Source of the DNA: Sideroxydans sp.
GTDB lineage: Bacteria > Pseudomonadota > Gammaproteobacteria > Burkholderiales > Gallionellaceae
Direction of reading: 5' to 3'
Assembly (NCBI GenBank): GCA_037446535.1
Contig: JBBIIJ010000002.1
Coordinates: 26,968 to 90,967, forward strand
Length of the DNA: 64,000 bases
In this document: piece by piece, positions 9,056-16,973 of the stretch
How the letters are laid out: each line of letters begins with the position of its first letter
Position numbering within the stretch: the first letter of the stretch is position 1
Program-made: the position numbers and the translations under genes
Notes under the pieces: model-generated
The model's input: only the letters and a program-made list of their open reading frames with translations
Database searches by the model: none
What the model was told of the DNA's origin: nothing

Positions 9056-11038
9056 ATGCTCATCATGCCCCCGCCTTTAGCTTCGATTAGACAGAGTTTC
9101 CTGCTGCTAGGCATCCTCCTGCTCACCGGCTGTGCAACGACGGCCACGCATCCAAGCCTGAATGGCGAAAGGAGCTTGCCGGACTTGATTCCCGTGCGGG
9201 ATTTCGTGGCCAACCGGGGCAGCAATTGGAGTTACCAGATTTCACCGGACGGCAAGAAGCTGGCGTGGCTGGCAGTCAAGGGAGTGACGATCAGCATCTT
9301 CATCAAAGACCTGGAACACAACAGCACGCGCACTTTCCCAGCGGGCAATACCTACGGTTTCGAGTGGGCGCAGGACAGCCGCCACCTGTTCTTTTTGCGC
9401 TCGCGAGGCGACGAGAACGCGGCTTACATGAGCTTTGATACAGAACAGTCCGGCGACAATCCGCAGGTCATTTTTCTCTCGCCGCAGGGTGATGTAAAAG
9501 CGGTTCTGCTCAAGCAGATTGCGGATGATCCAGCGCATGTGTGGATCGTTCACAACCAGCGCGACAAATCGATGTTCGATTTGTACAAGGTCAATCTCGA
9601 CACGCGCGAGTCGGTGCTGGTCGCACAGAATCCCGGCAGCGCCACCAATGTGCTGATCGATGGACAAGGCGTGTTTCGCGGGCGCATCGTCAAGCAAGGC
9701 GACCTGTCTTCCATCGAATTGCTGCAAGCGGACGCGCTGACATACAAATCCGTCTATCAATGGTCTTCCACCGATCTGGTGGATGTGGTGAGCGTTGACC
9801 ATGGCGGTGCGACGCTGTATCTGCTGTCAAACAAAGGGCGCGATCGCAGAGTGTTGATCGAGCTTTCAGCGCAGAGCGGTGAAGAAAAGTTGGTGTATGA
9901 AGATGCAGTGGTTGATGTCTCGTCCATTTACACACATCCGCTCACGGGCATGCCGCTTGTCGCGTTCACCGAACCGGACTATCCCAAGGCCGTGCTGCTC
10001 GATCCAGAGCTGCGCGATACGTTCAAATTCCTGCAACTCAAATCGCCCGCCCGCATCGGCATTCACAGCAACGACCGCGCGTTTCAACGACTGACGTTTT
10101 CCTTAAACACGGACAAAGGCACGGAGTGGTTCTTGTATGACATGGCGCGCAAGCGCCTTGAGCAACTCGGCGCCTCGCCCAGCCTGGAACACAAGGATGA
10201 TTTGTCCGACATGCAGCCGATCGAGATCCGCAGCCGCGACGGCATTGCACTGCACAGTTACCTGACCTTGCCCAAAAATGTGCCCGCACAGCATCTGCCC
10301 ATGGTGTTGCTGGCGCATGGTGGCCCGTGGTGGCGCGATGCATGGGGCTACGAGTCCGAAGTGCAATTCCTCGCCAATCGCGGCTATGCCGTGTTGCAGA
10401 TCAACTTTCGCGGCTCGCTGGGCTACGGCCGCCACTTCGAGGAGTTGGCCATAGGCGAGTTCGCCGGCAAGATGCAGGACGACTTGCTGGATGGTGTGCA
10501 GTGGGCGATAGAGAAAGGCATTGCTGACCCGGACAAGATCGCCATCGCCGGCGGCAGCTACGGCGGCTATGCCACCCTGGTTGGACTGAGCTTCACGCCC
10601 GAAACGTTTGCCTGCGGTATCGATATCTTCGGTCCAACCGACTTGGCAAAACTGATCGAGGATTTTCCACCGTACTGGAAATTCGAGATGGACCGCTGGT
10701 ATCGCTACGTCGGAGATCCAAGCAAGCCTGCCGATCGTGTGCGCATGCAGATGAAGTCGCCGCTGTTCAAAGCGGACAACATCACCAAACCGCTGCTGGT
10801 GATTCAGGGCGGCAGGGATGTCAGGGTGCGTGCGGATCAAAGCGAAGCGTTGGTGAGCCAATTGGAACAAGCCCACAAACCCGTCGAATATTGGTACATC
10901 CCCGAGGCCGGACACGGCATCAACGGCTGGCCGCAACGATTGAAGCAGTTCAGAAAGTCGGAGGATTTCTTGTATGCCTGCTTGGGAGGCAGAAGCAGCC
11001 ATTTCGATTACTACCAGCTCGGAGCCTGGCTTTTCTAG
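9056..11038 (+). CDS. S9 family serine peptidase (prolyl oligopeptidase / dipeptidyl aminopeptidase type), predicted lipoprotein
   Basis: 660 aa. Lipobox LLLTGC after a signal peptide. N-terminal beta-propeller-like region. C-terminal alpha/beta hydrolase with nucleophile elbow GGSYGGY and terminal EAGHGI (catalytic His). Confidence 0.85.
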   Translation: MLIMPPPLASIRQSFLLLGILLLTGCATTATHPSLNGERSLPDLIPVRDFVANRGSNWSYQISPDGKKLAWLAVKGVTISIFIKDLEHNSTRTFPAGNTYGFEWAQDSRHLFFLRSRGDENAAYMSFDTEQSGDNPQVIFLSPQGDVKAVLLKQIADDPAHVWIVHNQRDKSMFDLYKVNLDTRESVLVAQNPGSATNVLIDGQGVFRGRIVKQGDLSSIELLQADALTYKSVYQWSSTDLVDVVSVDHGGATLYLLSNKGRDRRVLIELSAQSGEEKLVYEDAVVDVSSIYTHPLTGMPLVAFTEPDYPKAVLLDPELRDTFKFLQLKSPARIGIHSNDRAFQRLTFSLNTDKGTEWFLYDMARKRLEQLGASPSLEHKDDLSDMQPIEIRSRDGIALHSYLTLPKNVPAQHLPMVLLAHGGPWWRDAWGYESEVQFLANRGYAVLQINFRGSLGYGRHFEELAIGEFAGKMQDDLLDGVQWAIEKGIADPDKIAIAGGSYGGYATLVGLSFTPETFACGIDIFGPTDLAKLIEDFPPYWKFEMDRWYRYVGDPSKPADRVRMQMKSPLFKADNITKPLLVIQGGRDVRVRADQSEALVSQLEQAHKPVEYWYIPEAGHGINGWPQRLKQFRKSEDFLYACLGGRSSHFDYYQLGAWLF

Positions 11039-11076
11039 CAACATCCAACGACAGAACTTGAACAGAGGAACGCACC

Positions 11077-12120
11077 ATGCCACAACTTGCCACACAACAA
11101 CTCGATTCCATCCACTCGATGTTATCCGCCGGACACCGCAACCTGCGTGTCGAACGGCATAGCTTGGTGTTATGGGGATTGAGCTGCGGCGGCCTCATAC
11201 TTGCCAGCAGTCACATCCTGACCGAGGAACAGCTGCCAGGCCTGGAACAGCGAGCCTTTGCCTGGTTGATCATGCTGGCGCTGGCGGTATCTGGCGTGGC
11301 CACCCTCGACTGGCACCTCACGCGCCAGGTCAAACAGGCACGCGACGAGATCTGGTCCTTCATCCATAAACAGGTGCTCAAGGTGTTGTGGCTGCTGATG
11401 TCCGTCGGCGTGCTGTTAACCTTTGCCGCCTTCTTCTTCGGGGGCAGCTACCTGATCTATCCGGAATGGGTCGTCCTGGTGGGACTGGGCCTCTATGTGC
11501 ACGGCCTGTTCTCCGAGGAGTTGCTCGAATGGGGGGGAGCCTTGGTCATCGCCATCGGCATAGGCATGGCAGCCCTACGCCTGAATTACACCCTGCTGCA
11601 ATGGGTCGCTGCCTCCACGCTGGGACTGGGGCTGCCGCTGCTGTCGCTCATGCTGGATCGAGGACGGGAACGCGCACCCAGGGTGCGCCTGCTACAGTCC
11701 GCTATCTGGCTTCTGTGCGTGCTGGCCCCACCCGTGCTGGCACACCGGTTCATCGCTGCTTCCGCACCTCCTGATGCTCCCGTGGTCTCACTGGAAAAGT
11801 TCACCAGGCAACCCAGCCTGCAGCAGGTCGTCTCGCTTCCGGCCGGCACATCCATCCCGGTCAGATTCGACGTCTCCGGCAATGTGTTCCGCACCGGCGA
11901 CGCGGTCTTCCCGCTGGTGCTGAACGAGCCTGTGGAACTCATGATGAAAGACGGCAAACCTACAGGCGACTGGCGCAAGACAGGCGGCGACTGGCTGTTG
12001 TGGCAAGACACCCTGCGCGTGCAGATACCCTGGATCAGGGCCGATCTGACCGCGCAGGATGGCGCCCAGATACGCAGCAGCCTGGTCGTCGAGGCAAGAC
12101 ACCCCGAATCGGATGAATGA
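11077..12120 (+). CDS. Polytopic inner-membrane protein of unknown function with a ~110-aa C-terminal soluble domain
   Basis: 347 aa. By eye, 6-7 hydrophobic helices in residues ~30-230, then a beta-rich tail. AGAGGA SD. 38 nt after the peptidase gene. No family recognised. Confidence 0.6.
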   Translation: MPQLATQQLDSIHSMLSAGHRNLRVERHSLVLWGLSCGGLILASSHILTEEQLPGLEQRAFAWLIMLALAVSGVATLDWHLTRQVKQARDEIWSFIHKQVLKVLWLLMSVGVLLTFAAFFFGGSYLIYPEWVVLVGLGLYVHGLFSEELLEWGGALVIAIGIGMAALRLNYTLLQWVAASTLGLGLPLLSLMLDRGRERAPRVRLLQSAIWLLCVLAPPVLAHRFIAASAPPDAPVVSLEKFTRQPSLQQVVSLPAGTSIPVRFDVSGNVFRTGDAVFPLVLNEPVELMMKDGKPTGDWRKTGGDWLLWQDTLRVQIPWIRADLTAQDGAQIRSSLVVEARHPESDE

Positions 12121-12138
12121 ATAAAGAAAGAGGCATAT

Positions 12139-12480
12139 ATGGACACGCTAGACCCCCTGCTGCATCAGCCCCTGCGCACCCAACTCGCCGCCTTCCTCGC
12201 GGGCGCTGGCGAGGCGACCTTCGCCGAGCTCAAACGGCAGCTCGATGTTTCGGACGGAAATCTGGATTCGCACCTGAAGAAGCTCATCGCGGCCGATTAC
12301 CTGACCATGCGCAAGGACGACAGCGCCGGACGCATCCAGACCTGTTATTCGCTGACCAGGACCGGGCGCGCCGCGTTGCAGACCTACATTAAGGCGTTAC
12401 AGAGACTGCTGCCGCTGGGTGATCCTGCGCCTCCAGCCGCTTCCGCACGGCAGCGCAGTACGAAGCTGCAGTCGATTTGA
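12139..12480 (+). CDS. Small winged-helix transcriptional regulator (HTH_34/ArsR-like fold)
   Basis: 113 aa. LDPLLHQPLRTQLAAFLAGAGEATFAELKRQLDVSDGNLDSHLKKLIAADYLTMRK matches the small wHTH regulator pattern. AGAGG SD. 18 nt after the upstream gene. Confidence 0.7.
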   Translation: MDTLDPLLHQPLRTQLAAFLAGAGEATFAELKRQLDVSDGNLDSHLKKLIAADYLTMRKDDSAGRIQTCYSLTRTGRAALQTYIKALQRLLPLGDPAPPAASARQRSTKLQSI

Positions 12481-12507
12481 ACGTCAATGACAATCAGGGG
12501 AGTCGCT

Positions 12508-14718
12508 ATGCGTATCATTGTCTATTTCCTTTTGGCCTGGTGTTGCTCCGCCTATGCAGCCGATGTGAGCGTCAGCGGAACCGTACTGGAGAAAGGCACG
12601 CGTAAGCCGCTGCAGGGCGTAATCGTCACGGTTCAGGAGACGTCCGCAAGAACGACCAGCGATGCCGAGGGCAAATTCACCCTCAGCCTGCCTGGCCAGG
12701 TGAATTACACCCTGAACGCGGATAGACCCGGCGAATACAGTCCGGTCCAGTCAACCATACAGTTGCACGAGGGCCAACTTTTGCTCGCGCCCACCCTCTA
12801 TCTCATTCCCATCGCCACGCTGTCCGAAGTGGTCGTGGTCAGCGAACGCAGTCCTGACCGCGTGAGCAAGAGTGTGATCTCAGGCAAGGAGCTGAGCAGG
12901 ATCCCCGGCTCCAGCGGCGATCCTCTGGCGGGGTTGCAGGCCCTGCCCGGCGTGGTCACCACGCACAACAGCAGCGCACCTGCCGTGCGCGGCTCCGGCC
13001 CTGGAGACAACGCCTACTACGTGGATGACCTGCCGGTCGGCAAAGTCTTCCACGTGATGGGCATCAGCGTGTTCAATGCGGACCTGATCAGCGACTTCAA
13101 TCTCTACAGCGCCGCCTTCGCGCCGCGTTACGGCGACGTGACCGGCGCGGTGCTGGACGTGGCCTTGCGCGAACCGCGCACCGACCGCCTGGGTGCGAAG
13201 ATCAACGTCAACATGCTGGGGGCGGACGCACTTGTCGAAGGCCCCATCAACCCTGACCAGTCCTTCTACTTCTCGGCAAGGCGCAGCTATATCGACCTCT
13301 TCCTGAAACAGGTCGAGAACAAAGGTGTCACGGTGCAGATCCCCAACTACTCCGACTATCAAGGCAAGTATGTCTGGAAGCCGGGCAACGGGGACAAGCT
13401 CACGCTGCACCTGCAAGGGGCTGGTGACACGCTGAAACTGAAGGTCGCGGCGAACTCGGACCTGGGCAGGCGGCAGCCGGTGCTAGCGGGCGACATCGCG
13501 GTCTCGGATGCCTACGCGATGCAGGCCGCCGTGTGGGATTCGGTGCTGTTCGATTACGCCTACAACAGGCTGGCACTGGAGCACATCACTACTGACCTCA
13601 CCAATTCGGTGGGGAGTGCCGGCAACCTCAATCTGAAGCAGGAAAGCTGGTTGGCGCGCGAGCACCTGGTCCTGCCCTTCAACGACGACCACGAACTCGC
13701 GCTGGGGGCGAACCTGGGCCGTGGCCGGGCCGACATAGATGCCGACATCAAGAACGCCACCTGTACCCAGTTCAACCCCGCGTGCGATCTGACCAGTGCC
13801 GCTCGGCGGCAGCTGAAAGACAGCTTCGGTTCGAATGAATGGGATGTCTCGGCACAGGACCGCAAACGCGTGGCCTCCACGCTGACGCTGGTGGGCGGCA
13901 TACGTCACAGCGGCGAGGATTACCTGCACAGGTCCTATACAGAACCCCGGCTCGGCCTTGAATGGGAGAGCACTCCCCGCACCTTGGTCACGGCAGGATG
14001 GGGACGCCACAACCAGATGCCGACCGGCCAGCAGGTCGTGCGCTCCTTCGGCAACCCGCACCTAGAGCACCTGCGCGCCGATCACAGCGTAGTGGGTGTG
14101 ACCCACAAGCTCGACGAACTGTGGTCGTGGAAGGCGGAGACCTACTACAAGAAGCTCAGCAGACTGGTCGTTGACGACCCGCAGCTCAACTATGTCAACG
14201 GTGCGAGCGGCAAGGCCTACGGCCTGGAGATGCTGGTCAAGAAGGAAAAGGGGGAACAGCTGTCGGGCTGGCTGTCGCTGTCGCTTGCCCACTCCAGCCG
14301 GCGCAACGACGTCACGGGCGAATCGTTCCGCTTCGCACTGGACCAACCGGTGAATGCGACGCTGGTCGCCAACTACAAACTGGATGACGACTGGACGCTG
14401 GGCGCGAAATGGACCGCACATTCCGGCACCCCCTATACCCCCATACTCGGGACCAGCGGCACCTACCCGGACGGCAGACCTATCCCCAGGTATGCAGCGG
14501 TGAATTCGGGCACGCTGCCGCCTTATCACCGCCTGGATCTGCGTTTCGAAAGGCAGCTGCTGAGGGATACCTACAAGATGAACGTATATGTGGAGTGGAA
14601 CAACGTGTATGGCCGGAAGAACGTCGTTGGCTACACCTACGACCCGACCTACACCGTCAAAGATCCGGTCTATCCCTTCGTCCTGCCCCTCTCTTTTGGG
14701 GTGCAGGCGGAATTCTGA
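12508..14718 (+). CDS. TonB-dependent outer-membrane receptor with N-terminal carboxypeptidase-regulatory-like domain
   Basis: GGGGAG SD lies 5 nt before ATG 12508 (the track ORF begins at 12487). Signal peptide MRIIVYFLLAWCCSAYA. CarboxypepD_reg-like beta-sandwich (VSGTVLEKGTRKPLQGVIVTV...DAEGKFTL). TonB-box-like SEVVVVSE, plug domain, and a barrel ending in a terminal Phe (GVQAEF). Confidence 0.85.
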   Translation: MRIIVYFLLAWCCSAYAADVSVSGTVLEKGTRKPLQGVIVTVQETSARTTSDAEGKFTLSLPGQVNYTLNADRPGEYSPVQSTIQLHEGQLLLAPTLYLIPIATLSEVVVVSERSPDRVSKSVISGKELSRIPGSSGDPLAGLQALPGVVTTHNSSAPAVRGSGPGDNAYYVDDLPVGKVFHVMGISVFNADLISDFNLYSAAFAPRYGDVTGAVLDVALREPRTDRLGAKINVNMLGADALVEGPINPDQSFYFSARRSYIDLFLKQVENKGVTVQIPNYSDYQGKYVWKPGNGDKLTLHLQGAGDTLKLKVAANSDLGRRQPVLAGDIAVSDAYAMQAAVWDSVLFDYAYNRLALEHITTDLTNSVGSAGNLNLKQESWLAREHLVLPFNDDHELALGANLGRGRADIDADIKNATCTQFNPACDLTSAARRQLKDSFGSNEWDVSAQDRKRVASTLTLVGGIRHSGEDYLHRSYTEPRLGLEWESTPRTLVTAGWGRHNQMPTGQQVVRSFGNPHLEHLRADHSVVGVTHKLDELWSWKAETYYKKLSRLVVDDPQLNYVNGASGKAYGLEMLVKKEKGEQLSGWLSLSLAHSSRRNDVTGESFRFALDQPVNATLVANYKLDDDWTLGAKWTAHSGTPYTPILGTSGTYPDGRPIPRYAAVNSGTLPPYHRLDLRFERQLLRDTYKMNVYVEWNNVYGRKNVVGYTYDPTYTVKDPVYPFVLPLSFGVQAEF

Positions 14719-14727
14719 GCGAGGGGT

Positions 14728-16053
14728 TCAGCGGCCAGTCACGCCTGCCGCCTTGAGTCGGAACACCAGGTCGGCATCCTGCGTCTGTATGTGGGGGATC
14801 AACCAGTCCTTGAAGGAGTGCGTCATGACGGTCAGCCCATGACCGTCGTGATTGGGCAGCAGCTCTTTCAGTTCCTGCAGAAGCTGATTGTGTGCGAACC
14901 TGTGGCCTTCCTGGCCGGAGACGCCGTGGCGCAGCATGAGCTCTTCCTCGGTACGGAAATGTTCCTCGGTCAGGTGCAGCAGGTATTCCGCGCGCCGCCC
15001 CAGCCCCCCCTTGCCCTCTGCCACGGGGAGCGAGCGCAGTATGCCGCGTATGCAGGCCTCTATCTCCTCATGCTGTTCGTCGATAACGTCGAATCCCAGC
15101 TTGACCACGTCTATCAGCGGCTCCAGCTCGAGACGTGAGGAAAAATCGGAGATCTGGCCGTCGCTGATCTGGTAGCGGGAACCACCCTTGCGCTTGGCCT
15201 CGTACATGGCGTAGTCCGCCCTGCCCAGCAGCTCATGTATGGATGCGCCATCCTGTGGACAGAACGCGACGCCCACGCTCGCCCCCACCCTGATCTTGCC
15301 GCCGTTCAGTTCGAACGGCCTGGTGATCTCCGCGATGATCTTGCGCAGCACCGAGTCCGCCTCGTCCTCGTTTTCCACGCCCTGCAGGATCAGTGCGAAT
15401 TCGTCGCCGCCCAGCCGTGCGACCGTGTCCACGTTGCGCACGGCGTTGGTGAGGCGCTGCGCGACCGCCTTGAGCAGCACGTCTCCCGAAGCGTGGCCGA
15501 AACTGTCGTTGATCTCCTTGAACCCATCCAGGTCCAGGACGGCAATCACGAACACACTGCCATCGCGGCTAAAACGGGACAGTGACTGGTTGATGCGATC
15601 GAACAACAAGACGCGATTGGGCAGCTCGGTCAAGGTGTCGTGGAAGGCCAGCCTGTCCATCAACCTGCGGATGCGTTCTTTCTCGGTCTTCTCGCTGATA
15701 ACGCCGAGCGCCACGTTCTTGCCCCCAATCTCCAGGCCGCTGAGGGCGAGGTCTATGGCGGTCTGCCTGCCGTCCTCATGCATGAGCTGGAGCGACATGC
15801 GTGCGGCCTCGCCGGGCTGCAGGGACGCCATGGTGCGCGTGAGGTCGCGTTTGTCGGACTCGTCCAGCAATCGCTCCAGCCCGCACGTGGTGCAATCCGC
15901 GCCACCACAGCCGCGCAACCGGATGAATCGCTCATTGCCATAGACACAACGCCCTTCCGCCACCACGAACATCGGCATGGGGGCAGCATGAATCATGGCC
16001 TGGAAGAAACCCTCGAGATCGCTGCCTTCTGGAAGGATCGGCTGTTGCTCCAT
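14728..16053 (-). CDS. Diguanylate cyclase with N-terminal PAS-like domain and C-terminal hemerythrin-like domain
   Basis: GGDEF active site (RLGGDEFALIL) with an RxxD I-site (RNVD) five residues upstream. C-terminal bacteriohemerythrin pattern (DEQHEEI...HLTEEHF..EE...H.F.H...L...HI..QD). ATG 16053 has a GAGGGG SD; the track start GTG 16092 is less likely. Confidence 0.85.
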   Translation of the reverse strand: MEQQPILPEGSDLEGFFQAMIHAAPMPMFVVAEGRCVYGNERFIRLRGCGGADCTTCGLERLLDESDKRDLTRTMASLQPGEAARMSLQLMHEDGRQTAIDLALSGLEIGGKNVALGVISEKTEKERIRRLMDRLAFHDTLTELPNRVLLFDRINQSLSRFSRDGSVFVIAVLDLDGFKEINDSFGHASGDVLLKAVAQRLTNAVRNVDTVARLGGDEFALILQGVENEDEADSVLRKIIAEITRPFELNGGKIRVGASVGVAFCPQDGASIHELLGRADYAMYEAKRKGGSRYQISDGQISDFSSRLELEPLIDVVKLGFDVIDEQHEEIEACIRGILRSLPVAEGKGGLGRRAEYLLHLTEEHFRTEEELMLRHGVSGQEGHRFAHNQLLQELKELLPNHDGHGLTVMTHSFKDWLIPHIQTQDADLVFRLKAAGVTGR

Positions 16054-16166
16054 GTCTATCCCCTCTTGTTTCGGTGTGATGGGATATAGCACCCGGAACA
16101 GAGAGGAACAATATGCCTGACGGCCTATATATCGACCTATGAAGACTTGAAGGCGATGACGCGCTC

Positions 16167-16198
16167 AAAAGAAACGCCCCGGTGCAGTGCACCGGGGC
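16167..16198 (-). terminator. Rho-independent terminator
   Basis: Perfect 10-bp GC stem GCCCCGGTGC / GCACCGGGGC with a 3-nt loop (16176-16198). On the minus strand it is followed by GTTTCTTTT (16175-16167). Confidence 0.7.
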
Positions 16199-16213
16199 GC
16201 TATCCGTTGACAT

Positions 16214-16324
16214 TCAGATCGAAGAGCTGACAGACGTGAACATGGGCAACGCCATGACCAGCGACACCACACCAGCCACTATCCAACGAACGAAGCTTGC
16301 TGCGTTCTCATAAGCTTTTTTCAT
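16214..16324 (-). CDS. Candidate 36-aa small membrane protein
   Basis: MKKAYENAASFVRWIVAGVVSLVMALPMFTSVSSSI. Strong SD GGAGGTGG 5 nt upstream of the ATG. The terminator begins 16 nt after the stop. Below the track length cutoff as a stand-alone ORF. No homolog recognised. Confidence 0.35.
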   Translation of the reverse strand: MKKAYENAASFVRWIVAGVVSLVMALPMFTSVSSSI

Positions 16325-16412
16325 TTGACCACCTCCGGCTGTAAGGACAGTATCCGGCCATGCGACCGGACAAAACGTGAGAGCACGCGTGCCCGGAATG
16401 GTTCCGCAGACT

Positions 16413-16940
16413 TCAGCGCAAGTGCCGCCGGCGCCACCTGCGCACGACAGCGACACGCCAGAGTAGCCGCACAGTGACGTACCCAATCAGCGCCAGCGCA
16501 CACGCCAGCAAGGGCAACCCGATAAGCAGCGGCTTGCCCAAGGCTTGTAGCCATCCCCATACGGCAGTATGCCAATCCTGCCAGTGCACTTCCGGGAAAG
16601 GAGGCACGCTGCGACCTGTGCCAGCCCCGCTCACCTGCGCGCCGATCTCGTAGGCGAACAGATACAAGGGTACGATGGTGAAAGGGTTGGTGTAGAGCGT
16701 GGTGAAAACGGCCACCGGCAGATTGACCCGCAGCCACACCGCCAGCAAGGCGGCGCTCAGCATCTGCAACGGCCCCGGGATCAAGCCGCAGAACAAGCCC
16801 AGCGCTACGCCGCCTGCCACCGAATGGCGATTGAGATGCCACAGGTTGGGATGATGGAGCCAGTGATGGACCGGCTGCAACCACCGGTGTTTCCGGATGC
16901 TGTCCGGGTCTGGCAAACGATCCCTGAAGAATTTGCGCAT
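16413..16940 (-). CDS. DUF2062-family membrane protein
   Basis: MRKFFRDRLPDPDSIRKHRWLQP...LWHLNRHSVAGGVALGLFCGLIPGPLQMLSAALLAVWLRVNLPVAVFTTLYTNPFTIVPLY is the DUF2062 pattern. The upstream 27 codons of the track ORF are probably not translated. Confidence 0.75.
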   Translation of the reverse strand: MRKFFRDRLPDPDSIRKHRWLQPVHHWLHHPNLWHLNRHSVAGGVALGLFCGLIPGPLQMLSAALLAVWLRVNLPVAVFTTLYTNPFTIVPLYLFAYEIGAQVSGAGTGRSVPPFPEVHWQDWHTAVWGWLQALGKPLLIGLPLLACALALIGYVTVRLLWRVAVVRRWRRRHLR

Positions 16941-16973
16941 GACGCGATTGTAATGCTCGGTTACGCTACGCGC

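Noticed and set aside
11531-11537. A G7 homopolymer inside the 347-aa membrane protein gene as a phase-variation tract
   Set aside because: Seven residues is shorter than typical contingency-locus tracts, and a GGG-GGA Gly-Gly codon pair in a GC-rich genome explains it. Noted only as a minor point.
16569-16973. A 135-codon N-terminal extension of the comEC ORF. Similar extensions occur on ORFs 61481-63610, 63244-63738, 26840-27505, 29823-30434, 40478-41836 and 41874-44561
   Set aside because: The extensions overlap neighbouring genes, have shadow-frame composition, and lie upstream of better starts that carry an SD or stop-start coupling.
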